From positions 32,001 through 96,000 of the forward strand of contig CAXXHG010000038.1 in assembly GCA_963666315.2 (NCBI GenBank): 64,000 nucleotides of DNA, in the 5' to 3' direction. The notes beneath the pieces were generated by a model. The model had not been told where the DNA came from and did not search any database. It saw only the letters and a list, made by a program, of their open reading frames with translations. The stretch's first letter is position 1. Every line of letters begins with the position of its first letter. The stretch comes from Candidatus Binatia bacterium. Lineage in GTDB: Bacteria; Desulfobacterota; Binatia; Bin18. Positions 49,962-60,500 of the stretch are shown one piece after another. Position numbers and translations under genes: made by a program.

Positions 49962-50743
49962 TCATCTTTTGCCCGCAAGGACTTCGACACGAGTCCCGAC
50001 TGCTATGGTTCCGGTACTCCGGTGGATAATATTCTGCCCGAAAAAGACCTTGGCACCAGCGCGACGATACGTCGCCAGCGTGCGGAGCGGCTCAACGCCA
50101 CGTGCGCCTGTGGTTTGGTCGGTAGTGGTCACCGCACAACGGTCGCACGGTTTGGCCACATCGAAGACAATGCTGCCGATCTTCAACTGTTGCCAATCGT
50201 CTTCGCCAAAGCGGTCGCAGCCTGCGACCACCAGGTTGGGACGGAAGCGGTTCATGGGCAGGGGAGTGTCGAGTCGGGCGTTGAGATCGTCTAACGAAGC
50301 CTCAGAAATAAGGAGCAGAGGAAAGCCATCAGAGTAGCCAGTGATGGCCGGCGTCTGGGTATAGCTTGGGTTCACCTGACGCTTGTAGTCGTCGGCCATT
50401 TTGACCAGCCGTACGGATTCGCCTAGCCAGTCTGAAAAGAACTGCGCTGCTTCGTCGCCTTGATCGACCGCTTCACACCGATCGCGCCAGACGCGGACGT
50501 GTCGTATTGGTCCGGAGCTGCCAGCCGTTAGCACGGCCAGCGTGTGTCCCTCAGACGTTGTGAGCCGGAGTCTATCGGCATCAAGCTGGGGTGTGATAAG
50601 CGCCAGGCGGGGATGCTGTCGTTGAGTCACGAACTCGTCGTGCCCATCCACGCGCATCTAATACGATGTGCTCATACGCGATGCCGGCGCACGACTTCAC
50701 CGGATAGACCTGGAGTGCTACGCCCTCTTTGGCCGTATTCCAT
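49962..50743 (-). pseudogene. MOSC-domain protein with a frameshifted, internally deleted 5' end
   Basis: VYPVKSCAG in one frame; TQRQHPRLA, DGFPLLL, RFRPNLVV, PCDRCAVTT, FGQN in another. Confidence 0.8.
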
Positions 50744-50752
50744 TTCTCCTGA

Positions 50753-52285
50753 TTATTGCTGCGGTGGCGGCGGAGCAGCAAACACGTGTTTCTCAAATGC
50801 ATCCGCTGCTCGGAGTACGGTTCCCTCATCGCCGTGCCGACTGACCAGCATCATGCCAACCGGCAGTCCTTCTGAGACTGCGCACGGAATGCTGATGGCC
50901 GGATGCCCGCTGACATCGAACGGGCACGTATTGGGAAGCATCTCAAGCGCTCGCTCGACATATTCCTCTCGGCTGGCGTCTGGAGCCGGAATGAGGGTCG
51001 CTTTCATGGGCAAGGTTGGCATGACCAGTACGTCGTAGTCCTGCAGGGCGGCATCATATGCAGCGGTGAGCGAACGGGCTATGTTTTGCGCCTTCGCATA
51101 ATACCGGCCGTGATAGTTCTCCTGCATATACCGACCGAGTAAGACCACGAGCTTGACGGTTTCAGACAGATCGTTGGCACGAGTCAGCCGACCCCGCGCT
51201 GCGGCATTAAGCAGGCTGGTGGTGTAATGGCCCTTCCAATTCGTGCCCATGCCGCCGCCTTCGACCATGAGCAGGGTCGGGCCTTCAATGGCAATACCAT
51301 TCCATATATGGATGCCCTCCAGATGCCACGGAATGGAGACCGTTTTGACTGACGCGCCGAGTTTTTCGAACGCTTGCGCCGCCTCTCTGACGCTGTCGTC
51401 TACATCTTGCTGTGACACGTCCCAGCCAAAACCTTCTTCTACAATGCCGATCCGCAACCCTTGAATATTCCCAGTCAGGGCCTGTGTGTACGCCTGTCTG
51501 TGTAGCCCTGCTTGTTGGCGTGGATCGAGCCCGTCCGGGCCGGCAAGGACCTCAAGCAGCAGGGCGATGTCGTGTACCGTGCGCGCCATTGGGCCTGTAT
51601 GGTCGAGGGTGATTTCAATGGGCATGATGCCAGTGTAGGGAACCAATCCATACGTGGGCTTGAGGCCGTAGATGCCACACCATGAGGCGGGCATCCGAAT
51701 TGATCCGCCTTGGTCACCCCCAATGGCCATGTCTACAATGCCGGCAGTGACGAGCGCGCCACTGCCGCTGGAAGAGCCGCCGGTTGTACGGCTGGGGTCG
51801 TGCGGATTCCGAACCGGACCGGTTGCACTGGTGTGACTGCCGCCTGAAAAGCACAAATTCTCACACACCGCCTTGCCAAGAATATGTCCGCCCGCCTCAA
51901 GGATGCGGGTGACTATGGTTGCATCTATTTCAGGCGTATAGCCTTCGAGGATGTGGCTGCCATTCATCATGGGTACGCCGGCCACGCAGACGTTATCTTT
52001 GATCGCCAGGGTCTTGCCTGCCAGGGGGCCGGCTGGGGCTCCTTGGATGTCGGTTCGCCAATACCAGGCACCGAGTGGATTGTCCTCAGGTTGAGGGCGA
52101 AAGCCGGGCATGCGAGGATAGCTGACGGGTAAGCTTGGTTCAGTGAGTTCATCCAGGCGAGCATAGGAGGCCAGCACGCCGCTCATCAGTCCTTGAAAAG
52201 ATTCAAGATCCTGCTCGGTTAAACTCAGCGCATAGCCCGCTGCGATATCGGCTAACTCTTCAATACTCGGACGCTTGACTGCCAT
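50753..52285 (-). CDS. Amidase signature family amidase
   Basis: AIKDN, GGSSSGSGA, GGDQGGSIRMPASWCG. Confidence 0.95.
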   Translation of the reverse strand: MAVKRPSIEELADIAAGYALSLTEQDLESFQGLMSGVLASYARLDELTEPSLPVSYPRMPGFRPQPEDNPLGAWYWRTDIQGAPAGPLAGKTLAIKDNVCVAGVPMMNGSHILEGYTPEIDATIVTRILEAGGHILGKAVCENLCFSGGSHTSATGPVRNPHDPSRTTGGSSSGSGALVTAGIVDMAIGGDQGGSIRMPASWCGIYGLKPTYGLVPYTGIMPIEITLDHTGPMARTVHDIALLLEVLAGPDGLDPRQQAGLHRQAYTQALTGNIQGLRIGIVEEGFGWDVSQQDVDDSVREAAQAFEKLGASVKTVSIPWHLEGIHIWNGIAIEGPTLLMVEGGGMGTNWKGHYTTSLLNAAARGRLTRANDLSETVKLVVLLGRYMQENYHGRYYAKAQNIARSLTAAYDAALQDYDVLVMPTLPMKATLIPAPDASREEYVERALEMLPNTCPFDVSGHPAISIPCAVSEGLPVGMMLVSRHGDEGTVLRAADAFEKHVFAAPPPPQQ

Positions 52286-52367
52286 AATTCTGATCTCCTC
52301 TGCTCGATATTGGATTGCGATAAGATTCTACGTAGCATAAATAGAATACAAGACCATCACGACCAGT

Positions 52368-52826
52368 ATGGCTTTTATTGTTGACATCGGAGATCGGGTA
52401 TCCCTCAGCGAGAAGTCGATTCTTGACTTAGACGGTGGATTTCGTGTCGAGGGTCCGGACTCAGGTCGGGTGATCGATATCTCGGTTGGCATGGACCTGG
52501 TGGCTGTTGAATGGGACGGGGCACAGTTCCGGGGCTGGTACGATGTTGAAACCCTCTCCCGCGTGGTAACCGTGAACGAGCTGCAGCCCCGGGAAACGCA
52601 GCGTCTTGCCCAAGAGGAGATGCTGCGCTTTGCCTCGATTCAAGATTTACTGACGCGCCTTGGATTTATCGAAGATCAACAATACGCCTGTCTGCGACAT
52701 CCTCACGATGCGCACGTTGTTGAATTTGATCAAATCGCGGGTCAGTCACTGACTGCATTTGTCACCGGTGGACTGCAAAAGGGGTGGCTGCGAAAGTATA
52801 GACGAGAGTCTCCCTCGCATTCCTGA
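52368..52826 (+). CDS. Hypothetical protein with an SH3-like N-terminus
   Basis: IGDRV...GRVIDI...VAVEWDG pattern. Confidence 0.5.
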   Translation: MAFIVDIGDRVSLSEKSILDLDGGFRVEGPDSGRVIDISVGMDLVAVEWDGAQFRGWYDVETLSRVVTVNELQPRETQRLAQEEMLRFASIQDLLTRLGFIEDQQYACLRHPHDAHVVEFDQIAGQSLTAFVTGGLQKGWLRKYRRESPSHS

Positions 52827-52973
52827 AGACAACAGCCGGCATGGGGATCCTGGTATTCATCGCCTGTCAACCTGGCAACAGACTCCCCCTGGCACACAGG
52901 TTAGACACATTTCACATACGGGGCGCTGGTATGCTAGGATTGCGACCAAGAGGATGAGGTGGAGGGTGGATTG

Positions 52974-53537
52974 ATGCAGTTGCTCCTGTGGGTTCTTTGT
53001 TTTTCTCTTTCTTCGGTATTTGGCTGTGCGACGCTCCTGGCCAAATCGCACGAGACCAATGTATCTAAGCGTGAAACCTTTGCCGACGCGCGCAAGGCGT
53101 AGGAGATAATTATCCCGTATTAGACGTTGACCTCCGACCTCAAAGAATTAGGTCTCGATCCGTATTCCAATCCGAATATGACGATACGCAGTTACCGTGA
53201 AGTCCTGCACGCCTTCATGCTGGCGAATTCCAATATTACGGTCGAGCACTTGCCGGAAGGGGTTCAGGAGTGCCTTCAGGTCCGCGAGCGTTGTGCGTCG
53301 TATGAGGTTGAACTCGGACGACTGCAAACGAAGCGAGAAGGCAATGTGCTGCTCGACATGCTCCGTTTCACCCGCCATCGCACCATAACGGGCTGGAGCT
53401 TCATTCCCCAAATTGTCACGATTGATGATCGAGTCGTGTACAAGTTGTGGAGCGGAACGCCACAAAGTGTGAAGAAGAAACACGAGATCAATCCCCTCGG
53501 TCCCCTCCAAGATCCCTATAAATTCTTTCGATTTTAG
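52974..53537 (+). pseudogene. Lipoprotein pseudogene
   Basis: MQLLLWVLCFSLSSVFGCATLL is in frame with ORF 53127-53537 through TAG 53100 and TAG 53121. Confidence 0.65.
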
Positions 53538-54282
53538 GTTTGTCCCTCGGCCAGCATAACGGTCGTAAGGTGAGGCATTTTTTGTCCTTCACGCAGGCAT
53601 CCTTGCGGACGCTCTTTACGAATTCTGTCTCATGGGACACAAAAGAACTACTAAAGGGGGTTAGTGTGATACTAGGGAATGAAAGTAGCCAGGATGGGAG
53701 TTTCGCCATTAACAGACTCGAATGGGCGTTCTCAGGAGTATGCGGTGGGCGGGCTGTCCAAACAAGACGTGGGCCTCTCCCGATATCTCTCACCTTTTAA
53801 GGTCCAGGTGACTCTTGGGGCGTACACCGGAGAGCTGGTTGAACCTGTCGATGGAGGAGCCACTGTCTCCGCCCAGCTAGAGGGGAATCAGGTCGTTGCT
53901 ACGGTTAGCTGATTTCGAGCTCAGCAGGGAATCGGCTCCCCCCGACCAAGAACGTGTACCGTTCCCGTCATCGCAAATCCCTCGCTCGCCACGGTGAGAG
54001 AAATCAACGGAGCTGTTGTCCTTCAAGCGCCGCCGTAGGGCACTATAGCGAAGCCCAGAAATAGTTAGACAATGGTGGGTAGCTTTGCCATGTCAGCGGG
54101 ATGCGATGCTTATCGGTTTTACGTAAGCGAGTGCCCGCCTCTATCGTAGCGTGTCTAAATAATCATGGGTTCAGCTATAGCAGTCCAATTTCGTCCCCAA
54201 ATCGCCATTCGGCCAGCCCGAAGCCCGTGGAAAGGCGCCGAGACCAATCTTCATTAGAGTCCTTAAGTCCCTGAAAAGAAAA

Positions 54283-54326
54283 GTGGAGCCGATGAGAATT
54301 GAACTCACGACCTCTAGAGTGCGATT
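54283..54326 (-). tRNA. 3' half of tRNA-Ala(CGC), an att-site duplication rather than a full gene
   Basis: Minus strand AATCGCACTCTAGAGGTCGTGAGTTCAATTCTCATCGGCTCCAC: anticodon loop, T-arm GTGAG-TTCAATT-CTCAT and Ala acceptor 3' strand; no 5' half. Confidence 0.8.
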
Positions 54327-54469
54327 GCAGCGGTACCAAGATCACCGAGTGTGACTGAGCATGAGGGAGAGATATGGAGGAGATCAAGAACCTCTGATTT
54401 GCTAGGAGGTTATGTCCTCTCTTCTATCACTGAGTGCTATCCAGGATGATTAAGGTCTACGTCGTGTAC

Positions 54470-54523
54470 TGGCAGCAAATACGGCAGCAACGGTACTTGA
54501 GTGGCAGCAAATGTGGCAGCAAA
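54470..54523. repeat. Four TGGCAGCAAA-like repeats, candidate integrase arm-type sites
   Basis: Copies at 54470, 54482, 54502 and 54514: two pairs, each at 12-bp spacing, ~145 bp inside the att. Confidence 0.7.
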
Positions 54524-55011
54524 AATTCCGGCTTTTCTGTAGCCTTTCGCCTCCCGGATAATCGCTCCGACCCACCCGTCACCTTACGGTCGCCTTTCTT
54601 GGTGGGGCCAGGACTCACTCGCTCAATGAAACGGGACAAGACAATTTTCCTCCCCCCTGCCGGAACACGGCTTACGCGCTGCTGGGCAGATGAACAGACA
54701 CCGATTCAGCGAGGGCCCTTAGTATAGGTCAAGCCGGGATCGTGCTGCACAGGCCAAATATGGCGGTCAGTCCATACGAGCTGGTGAAGCTGTCCAGGAG
54801 GACCCTCGGGGGTAAAGCCATGTCGAAACTTTAGACACCGATATGTCTGTATTCGGGACGACAAATGTGTAATACTCGTCGCGCTCGTCTCGCCGCTCGT
54901 TTGGAGGGTGTCCCTTGGCGAAATATACGATCATGAGGGTCGAATTACCGGGTCTGACGTTAGAGTATGTTCCTCTCCCCGTTGTCCGGGGTTTCAAAGG
55001 TTTGGGAGCCA

Positions 55012-55257
55012 ATGACAGATTCCTTAACGTGCCCTAAATGTGGCGCAGACTATCCAATGGACACGGGTATTTTTGATTATCTCAGTGAATGCCTTCGCCC
55101 TGGCGCCACCACCGTCTGCCTTTCCTGTCACGTCTTTCTCCGTATGGATGACGGTGTTTTGGTTCGATTCACCGCAGAAGAAATGGAGGTATTCTGGAAA
55201 TCTTTTATGAAAGTTCCTTCCGGGAAAATTGACTATGAAGACCCTAACGTGCCCTAA
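55012..55257 (+). CDS. Small zinc-finger protein
   Basis: CPKC...CLSC; paralogous to the N-terminus of the next ORF. Confidence 0.55.
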   Translation: MTDSLTCPKCGADYPMDTGIFDYLSECLRPGATTVCLSCHVFLRMDDGVLVRFTAEEMEVFWKSFMKVPSGKIDYEDPNVP

Positions 55258-55903
55258 ATGTGGCGCAGACCATCCAAGTGAATACCTTCGCCCTGGCACC
55301 ACCACCGTTTGCCTTTCCTGCAAAGTCTTCTGCCACTTAAATGATGGGTTTTTATGGACGGATGACAGCGACTTAGGCCGAAGAAGGAGGCAAGTAGTAG
55401 AGCGCTTTTTTCTAGTACACGCCATCACTGACGAAACTGTTAGCCACTATGGTGAATGGTATTTTGATTCGGCAACAAAGGAGCGAAGACCCCGAGATTT
55501 TCGTGGACGTTGGCAAGGCTTAGGTTGGGCAAAAACGCCGCACTCGTCACGAGAAGTAAACACAGAGAGCTGGGCGGAAGCATTTTCGTTCAGAGAATTC
55601 GGCGGGAAGCGTGCACAGGCGCATCCTTATGTGCGAGATCAAGCACGGATGTTGGATGTACTTTTCCATCCTGACTTTCTTGAATTTTCCGATGCTGAGC
55701 TTACCAAGCTGCTGGGCGAATGGCATGATGAAGCCAAGCACACGTTAGTTGAGGGGGGCCACAACCATGGACGATATAGAAGAAAGGAATTGATGAAATG
55801 GAGAGAGTCAGAAGCGGAGTGCGGTTATGACGAAGAACCGGGTAAAGACGACGACAACATATATGGAAAACTTGCGCCCGAAGATCATCTTGACTGGAGG
55901 TAA
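55235..55903 (+). CDS. Zinc-finger protein with a possible degenerate zincin-like domain
   Basis: CPKC...CLSC; VHAITD...NTESWAEAF. Confidence 0.5.
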   Translation: MKTLTCPKCGADHPSEYLRPGTTTVCLSCKVFCHLNDGFLWTDDSDLGRRRRQVVERFFLVHAITDETVSHYGEWYFDSATKERRPRDFRGRWQGLGWAKTPHSSREVNTESWAEAFSFREFGGKRAQAHPYVRDQARMLDVLFHPDFLEFSDAELTKLLGEWHDEAKHTLVEGGHNHGRYRRKELMKWRESEAECGYDEEPGKDDDNIYGKLAPEDHLDWR

Positions 55904-55908
55904 TACCA

Positions 55909-56214
55909 ATGTTCAATCCACCAATGGGTTATGACTGCGTACACTTTGACGAAGAGGCGGAGCTTTCAACTACAAAATCATCGCCTCGCTGCGCTGCGTT
56001 TGATCATATTCCTGCCGATATTTGGCTTAGTCAGTTTGATCATCGTAATGAGACAGAAGGCGATAACGGAGTTCAGTTCGAACCGAAAAAAGGAAAATTT
56101 GCAAATCGTAGCCAGTCTCACTTTCTGTTAGGCTCACCAGACGCGCCTGTACCGCCAGGTTTCAACCCTGACGGTTCTCCACAAGCCCCCATGGACCCGC
56201 GTGCTGACTACTGA
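55909..56214 (+). CDS. Small phage-type Cys/His protein
   Basis: GGAGG RBS; DCVHF...CAAFDHIPADIW...DHR...GDNGVQFE. Confidence 0.55.
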   Translation: MFNPPMGYDCVHFDEEAELSTTKSSPRCAAFDHIPADIWLSQFDHRNETEGDNGVQFEPKKGKFANRSQSHFLLGSPDAPVPPGFNPDGSPQAPMDPRADY

Positions 56215-56434
56215 TGGCCCATACCTATCCTGCCAAAAGCCCGCTAGCGATACACTTCCGCAAACCCAAAGACCAGGGCTACGTTGGCAAATCGGCGATC
56301 CGGAATTCGACAAAGACCTGGGACGCTGTCCGGAGTGCAACGGGACCCAGGTGTCCGTCTGGGATGACCCCTATCCATGTCCGAAGTGTGCCAAGCCTAT
56401 GCCGCGTGGTGTCCCAGAACTGGATTGGGACTGA
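56201..56434 (+). CDS. Small zinc-ribbon protein, probably frameshifted near its 5' end
   Basis: CPECNG...PCPKCAKPM...DWD; the ATG at 56214 is in another frame. Confidence 0.45.
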   Translation: MLTTDGPYLSCQKPASDTLPQTQRPGLRWQIGDPEFDKDLGRCPECNGTQVSVWDDPYPCPKCAKPMPRGVPELDWD

Positions 56435-56657
56435 AAGGGAACCGACGGTGTGTTCCGCGTGACGTAGCCACACTGAGCATTGTCTAGGAAAAACATTCGT
56501 ATTGTCCACGTCCCAGATGAAGACTTCGCCGCAGTCACACTACACCTTGAGGAGAGGGGGCCTGCGTGCCAGGGAACAACGCTGCGGTCGAAAAGAGGCT
56601 GTACACTACTACCTACTAATTTCCGGCCCGAAATCTACCTCTAACGCCGCATGATCG

Positions 56658-56849
56658 CTCAACCTGGAACTGGCGAAAAAACCGCCGGCCTGCCTGGAGT
56701 ATATTATTGTCCACGAATTAGCGCACCTGATTGAGCCGAGTCACAATAGTCGATTCACCGCCGTACTGGATCGCTTCCTTCCGCACTGGCAGCAACAGCG
56801 GGATGAGCTGAAACGGCTGCCGGTGCGGCATGAGGAGTGGGGATATTAA
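56658..56849 (+). pseudogene. YgjP/M48-like (SprT-type) metallopeptidase C-terminal fragment
   Basis: LNLELAKKPPACLEYIIVHELAHLIEPSHNSRF...PHW...HEEWGY*; absent from the ORF track because it has no start codon. Confidence 0.85.
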
Positions 56850-57276
56850 GCGGAGCAACCGTCTCAATTCATAGGTCCATTGAAGCTGAGCACATCAATG
56901 CTTAGTTTAAGAGTAGGAGGAGAGAGAATGACGAAGCCCGTCCAGGATTCGCTTACCAGCAAAGACGGAAGGCTTAGCGAACAGTCCACCACCATACCTT
57001 CGGGGAAGGGGAACGGACCGGCGAGCCGTCCCGGTTTAGCAAAGTTCCCCAGCTCAGTGGAGATGGGACCCAAGAAGTTCGGGGAGTGGGTAGAGCAGCA
57101 GATTCTCAAGAATCTCAAGAACCCGGCGCGCCACTACCCGGAGGAGGGCCAGGAGCCGGAACGAGTCCATTCACAAAGGCAGTTAGGATTGGAGGCGCCT
57201 GCCATGCCAGAACACGGTTCTATGTCGAAGATGAGACCGATGTGGGGACTGGCAACCACCCGAGGAGGTATCGACC

Positions 57277-57519
57277 ATGCCACGTAAACACTACATCACC
57301 CCGCCGGCAATGCGCCGAGAATTGGTGGCAAGGCAAAAGAAGGCGTTTGAGAAATATCAAGAATCAGGCGTCACCTGTTACGGGTACGGACCTCAGCCCG
57401 AAACGGAGATCGCCTGGTTGAAGGTCTGGGGCGAGCCAGTTCCGGACGACTTAATCGGCACGGCCACCCCGGCAGAGGAAGCGCGGGTGGCCAAGTGGAA
57501 GCGGAGGCATGCCCCATAG
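57277..57519 (+). CDS. Hypothetical 80-aa protein
   Basis: GAGGAGG RBS upstream; ends exactly at the convergent TM0106 stop. Confidence 0.5.
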   Translation: MPRKHYITPPAMRRELVARQKKAFEKYQESGVTCYGYGPQPETEIAWLKVWGEPVPDDLIGTATPAEEARVAKWKRRHAP

Positions 57520-60500
57520 CTAGACCGTCTGCGCCAGCTCCAGATAGCGGCAGAAGCCGTTCGCCATCTTCATCTGATGCGGTGTTCTGCACTCCGGCTC
57601 AAACAGCGCAGGATTGCCGACCAAAATGCACAAAGCTCTCGCCCGCGACGTTGCGACGTTGAAGCGGTGGCGGTTGTAGAGAAACTCCATCCCTCGCGGT
57701 GCGTCTTCCGGACTGGAAGAGGTCATGGAGTAAATGACAACAGGCGCCTCCTGACCCTGGAAACGATCGACGGTGCCAATACGGTCTTTCAATTCTGGGA
57801 GCGCCTCGATCAACGCCGCCACCTGGGCATTATAGGGCGCGACGATGAGCAGGTCTTGCGCGGTCAGCTGAGAAACCTCGTTCTCTTTGTTTCGCCAGCT
57901 CGCCGTTTCCAACAGTTCCCTCACGATCTCGGCTATGGCGGCGACCTCCTCGAGCGATTTCGCCTGATTTCCTGTATGTGGTACGGCTACATAACGCAGG
58001 CCGGATCCAGAAAATCGCAACCCGTTTCCCTGCAGGGGAAGAATCGCCTGGTGCACCAGCTCTGGCCGGGCGGTGACTTTCCCTTCGTAATAAATCTCTG
58101 ACGTGAATCGGGCGATGTCTGGATGCAAGCGCCAGGTCTCACCGAGAAAGAGACCCTTATCCGGTGGCATCGTGTCTGCGCCGTCGAGCAGATGATACAG
58201 CGCGGACGCTTCGCTTCCTTCGGGATGACTGCTCTGGAGCGGTTGTTCGAGTTGCTGCGGGTCACCGAGCAATATCAGGCCTGTGCCTGCTGGGGATGCC
58301 GCCAGCACGTTACTCAATGTCATCTGACCGGCTTCATCAACGATCAGTACGTCCACACTTTGCTCGAATTCCGGCCGCGCCCAACACCACGGTGTCGCCC
58401 CGAGCACATCGATGCCGCCATCCCCAAGTTGGCTTCGAATCGCCGGATATGCGGTTTTTCGCTCGATACCCCACTTTCCCTCATATTCTCCGGATTGGCG
58501 GTGTATGGCACGCAGATCCACCCCTTGCTTCTCCGCGGCTTCCAGCGCGGTCTCCAACAGGTTGACGATGACTTTGTGACTGACCGCTGTAACGCCCACT
58601 TTCAGTCCGCGTCGCTTCAACTCACAGATCATCTGGCCGCCGGTGAATGTCTTCCCTGTTCCGGGCGGCCCCTGTATGGCGAGTACGTGTTCGTCGAGCC
58701 CTACGGCAAGTCGGCAGGCGGCCTCAACTGTCGTTTCATTCTGTTGTTGCAGGACACCGTGCTCGTCGACCAAGGGAGATGACCGCCTGAGCAACAATTC
58801 GATAGCGGACTTGTACGGGCTCGGTGCAGCAAGGCCGCATGCCAATACGGCTTCGCCCAGTCGCATCAAGGACCGTTGGAGCGGCTCCGCATTGACCCGG
58901 CTGTGGAATACGACGGCAGTCGGATGCGTATCTGCGGTGGCCTTGGATTTTTGAATGTCTATCGTCCGTTCCGAGTAATTGATGTCAGTGACTCCGCCGA
59001 GTCTCTTGTTGTTATCGAAGGAGATGTCGTCGCCTCGCCGGACATCCAGTTCCTGTGTAGGAAATTGATAGCGTTGTAGCGGGGCTGGCTTCGGGTCGAG
59101 TACCTCGCGGAAGGTGAGGCCGATTAACGCCCGCCGCTCATCGGCATAGTCGCTCTCCTCTAGCTCACGGACCCGAAAGTATTCCCACCAGCCCGCTTTG
59201 GCCTCCCGCCGGTGGAACTCCATCATATGCGCGAGTATAAACCGCGCCTGATGCTCGGCAGATCGCTCCTCGGGGTTAAGTGGAACAGCGTCGAGGAGGC
59301 CGTCTCGCAATCGCTGCAATTCGCGGTCGAGCTCGCTGATCTTCTCCGAAGCTTCGTCGTCCTGCGCCGCCGGTCGCGGGAGTTTATGTCCTTTCCCGAT
59401 GACCCCTGCCCGCAGGTGTTCGAGCCAATCCCGTAGGCGCTGAGCCGATTCGCAATCCTCGCGGTTGTAGTCCTCGACAACGCGCCGATGTTCGTCGAAC
59501 GTCTCGTCCATGTCACCCGCCTCGATGGCATGTTCGATGATTCGGCGGCTCAGTGAGGCGTCCCGCAAATCCTGCTGGCGCGCATACCCAAAGAATGGCT
59601 CTAGGTCCTTGATGGAGTAGCGTTCGACACCCGCGAGTAAGGCGTGTTTGACCACGGGGTAGAGATCCACGAACGCCTGGCCCCGGAGCAGCCGATCGAG
59701 CTCGACCTCCCGCGTCGCGAATCGCCCCATGAGTCGTTTGAGAGCCGTCGGTTCATACGGGGCGAAGTGGTAGATGTGCGCGTCCGGGTTGCGTTCTCGG
59801 ACCTCGGTCGCCGTATCCATGAAGCGCTCAAACGCGTGCCGCTCTTCTTCGAGCGTCCCGGCCCAGAGCGGCGTATACAGGTCCTTGCCGTTCGATCCTC
59901 GCGTGACATACCCGGTCAGATACTCCTGGACGCCGTGCTCCGTGAAATGATTGCCCTCAAAGTCGAGAAAAATGTCATCGGCAGTGGGAGACGGCAGTAA
60001 TGCGAGACCGTGCTCCGCATCAAAGGGTTCTTTCAGTTCGTAATAGGGCGCCTTTCGCTCCCGCCCCACATACTGCACTCGCGCCTGATCACGCACCCGT
60101 GTTAGGGCTTCCTTTGAGCCGTGCGGCGGATCTGGAATGTCCTTAGTCTGTGCCAGTGCGCCGAGGCGATCCACACCTATCGATCGCAGGCTTTTTATCT
60201 GACTCTTGGTGATCCCGGCCACATAACACAGTTGGTCGTCGCGCCGCCGCCGCTGCTCGCACGTCTTCCACCACGCACACAAGTCGCAGTGGGAGACGAG
60301 CTCCGGATAGGTCTCCTCGGGCTCTCGGATGAACTCACCAATACCGTTCTCCAGCAGGCGGAAATACGCAGCATACTCATCGACCCGGTACGGCAAGGGC
60401 TCGAAGTCATTGCCCGGCGTGACCACGTACATATTCTCGGGCCGGACGCCCTGCATCTTTCCAAGTAGATAGGAGTACACGCACAGTTGCAGGATCGTAC

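Noticed and set aside
13498-53123. Several in-frame TAG codons (13498, 13711, 53100, 53121) suggesting amber recoding or pyrrolysine
   Set aside because: TAG ends many intact genes here (7536, 19712, 24154, 43010), and the amidinotransferase and toxin relics also contain in-frame TAA. Ordinary nonsense decay explains it.
54283-54360. Complete tRNA or tmRNA gene
   Set aside because: No D-arm, 5' anticodon stem or 5' acceptor strand upstream of the fragment.
55012-55360. Repeat pair as a DGR template/variable region
   Set aside because: Mismatches are not adenine-specific, the repeats lie at gene 5' ends, and no reverse transcriptase is present in the window.
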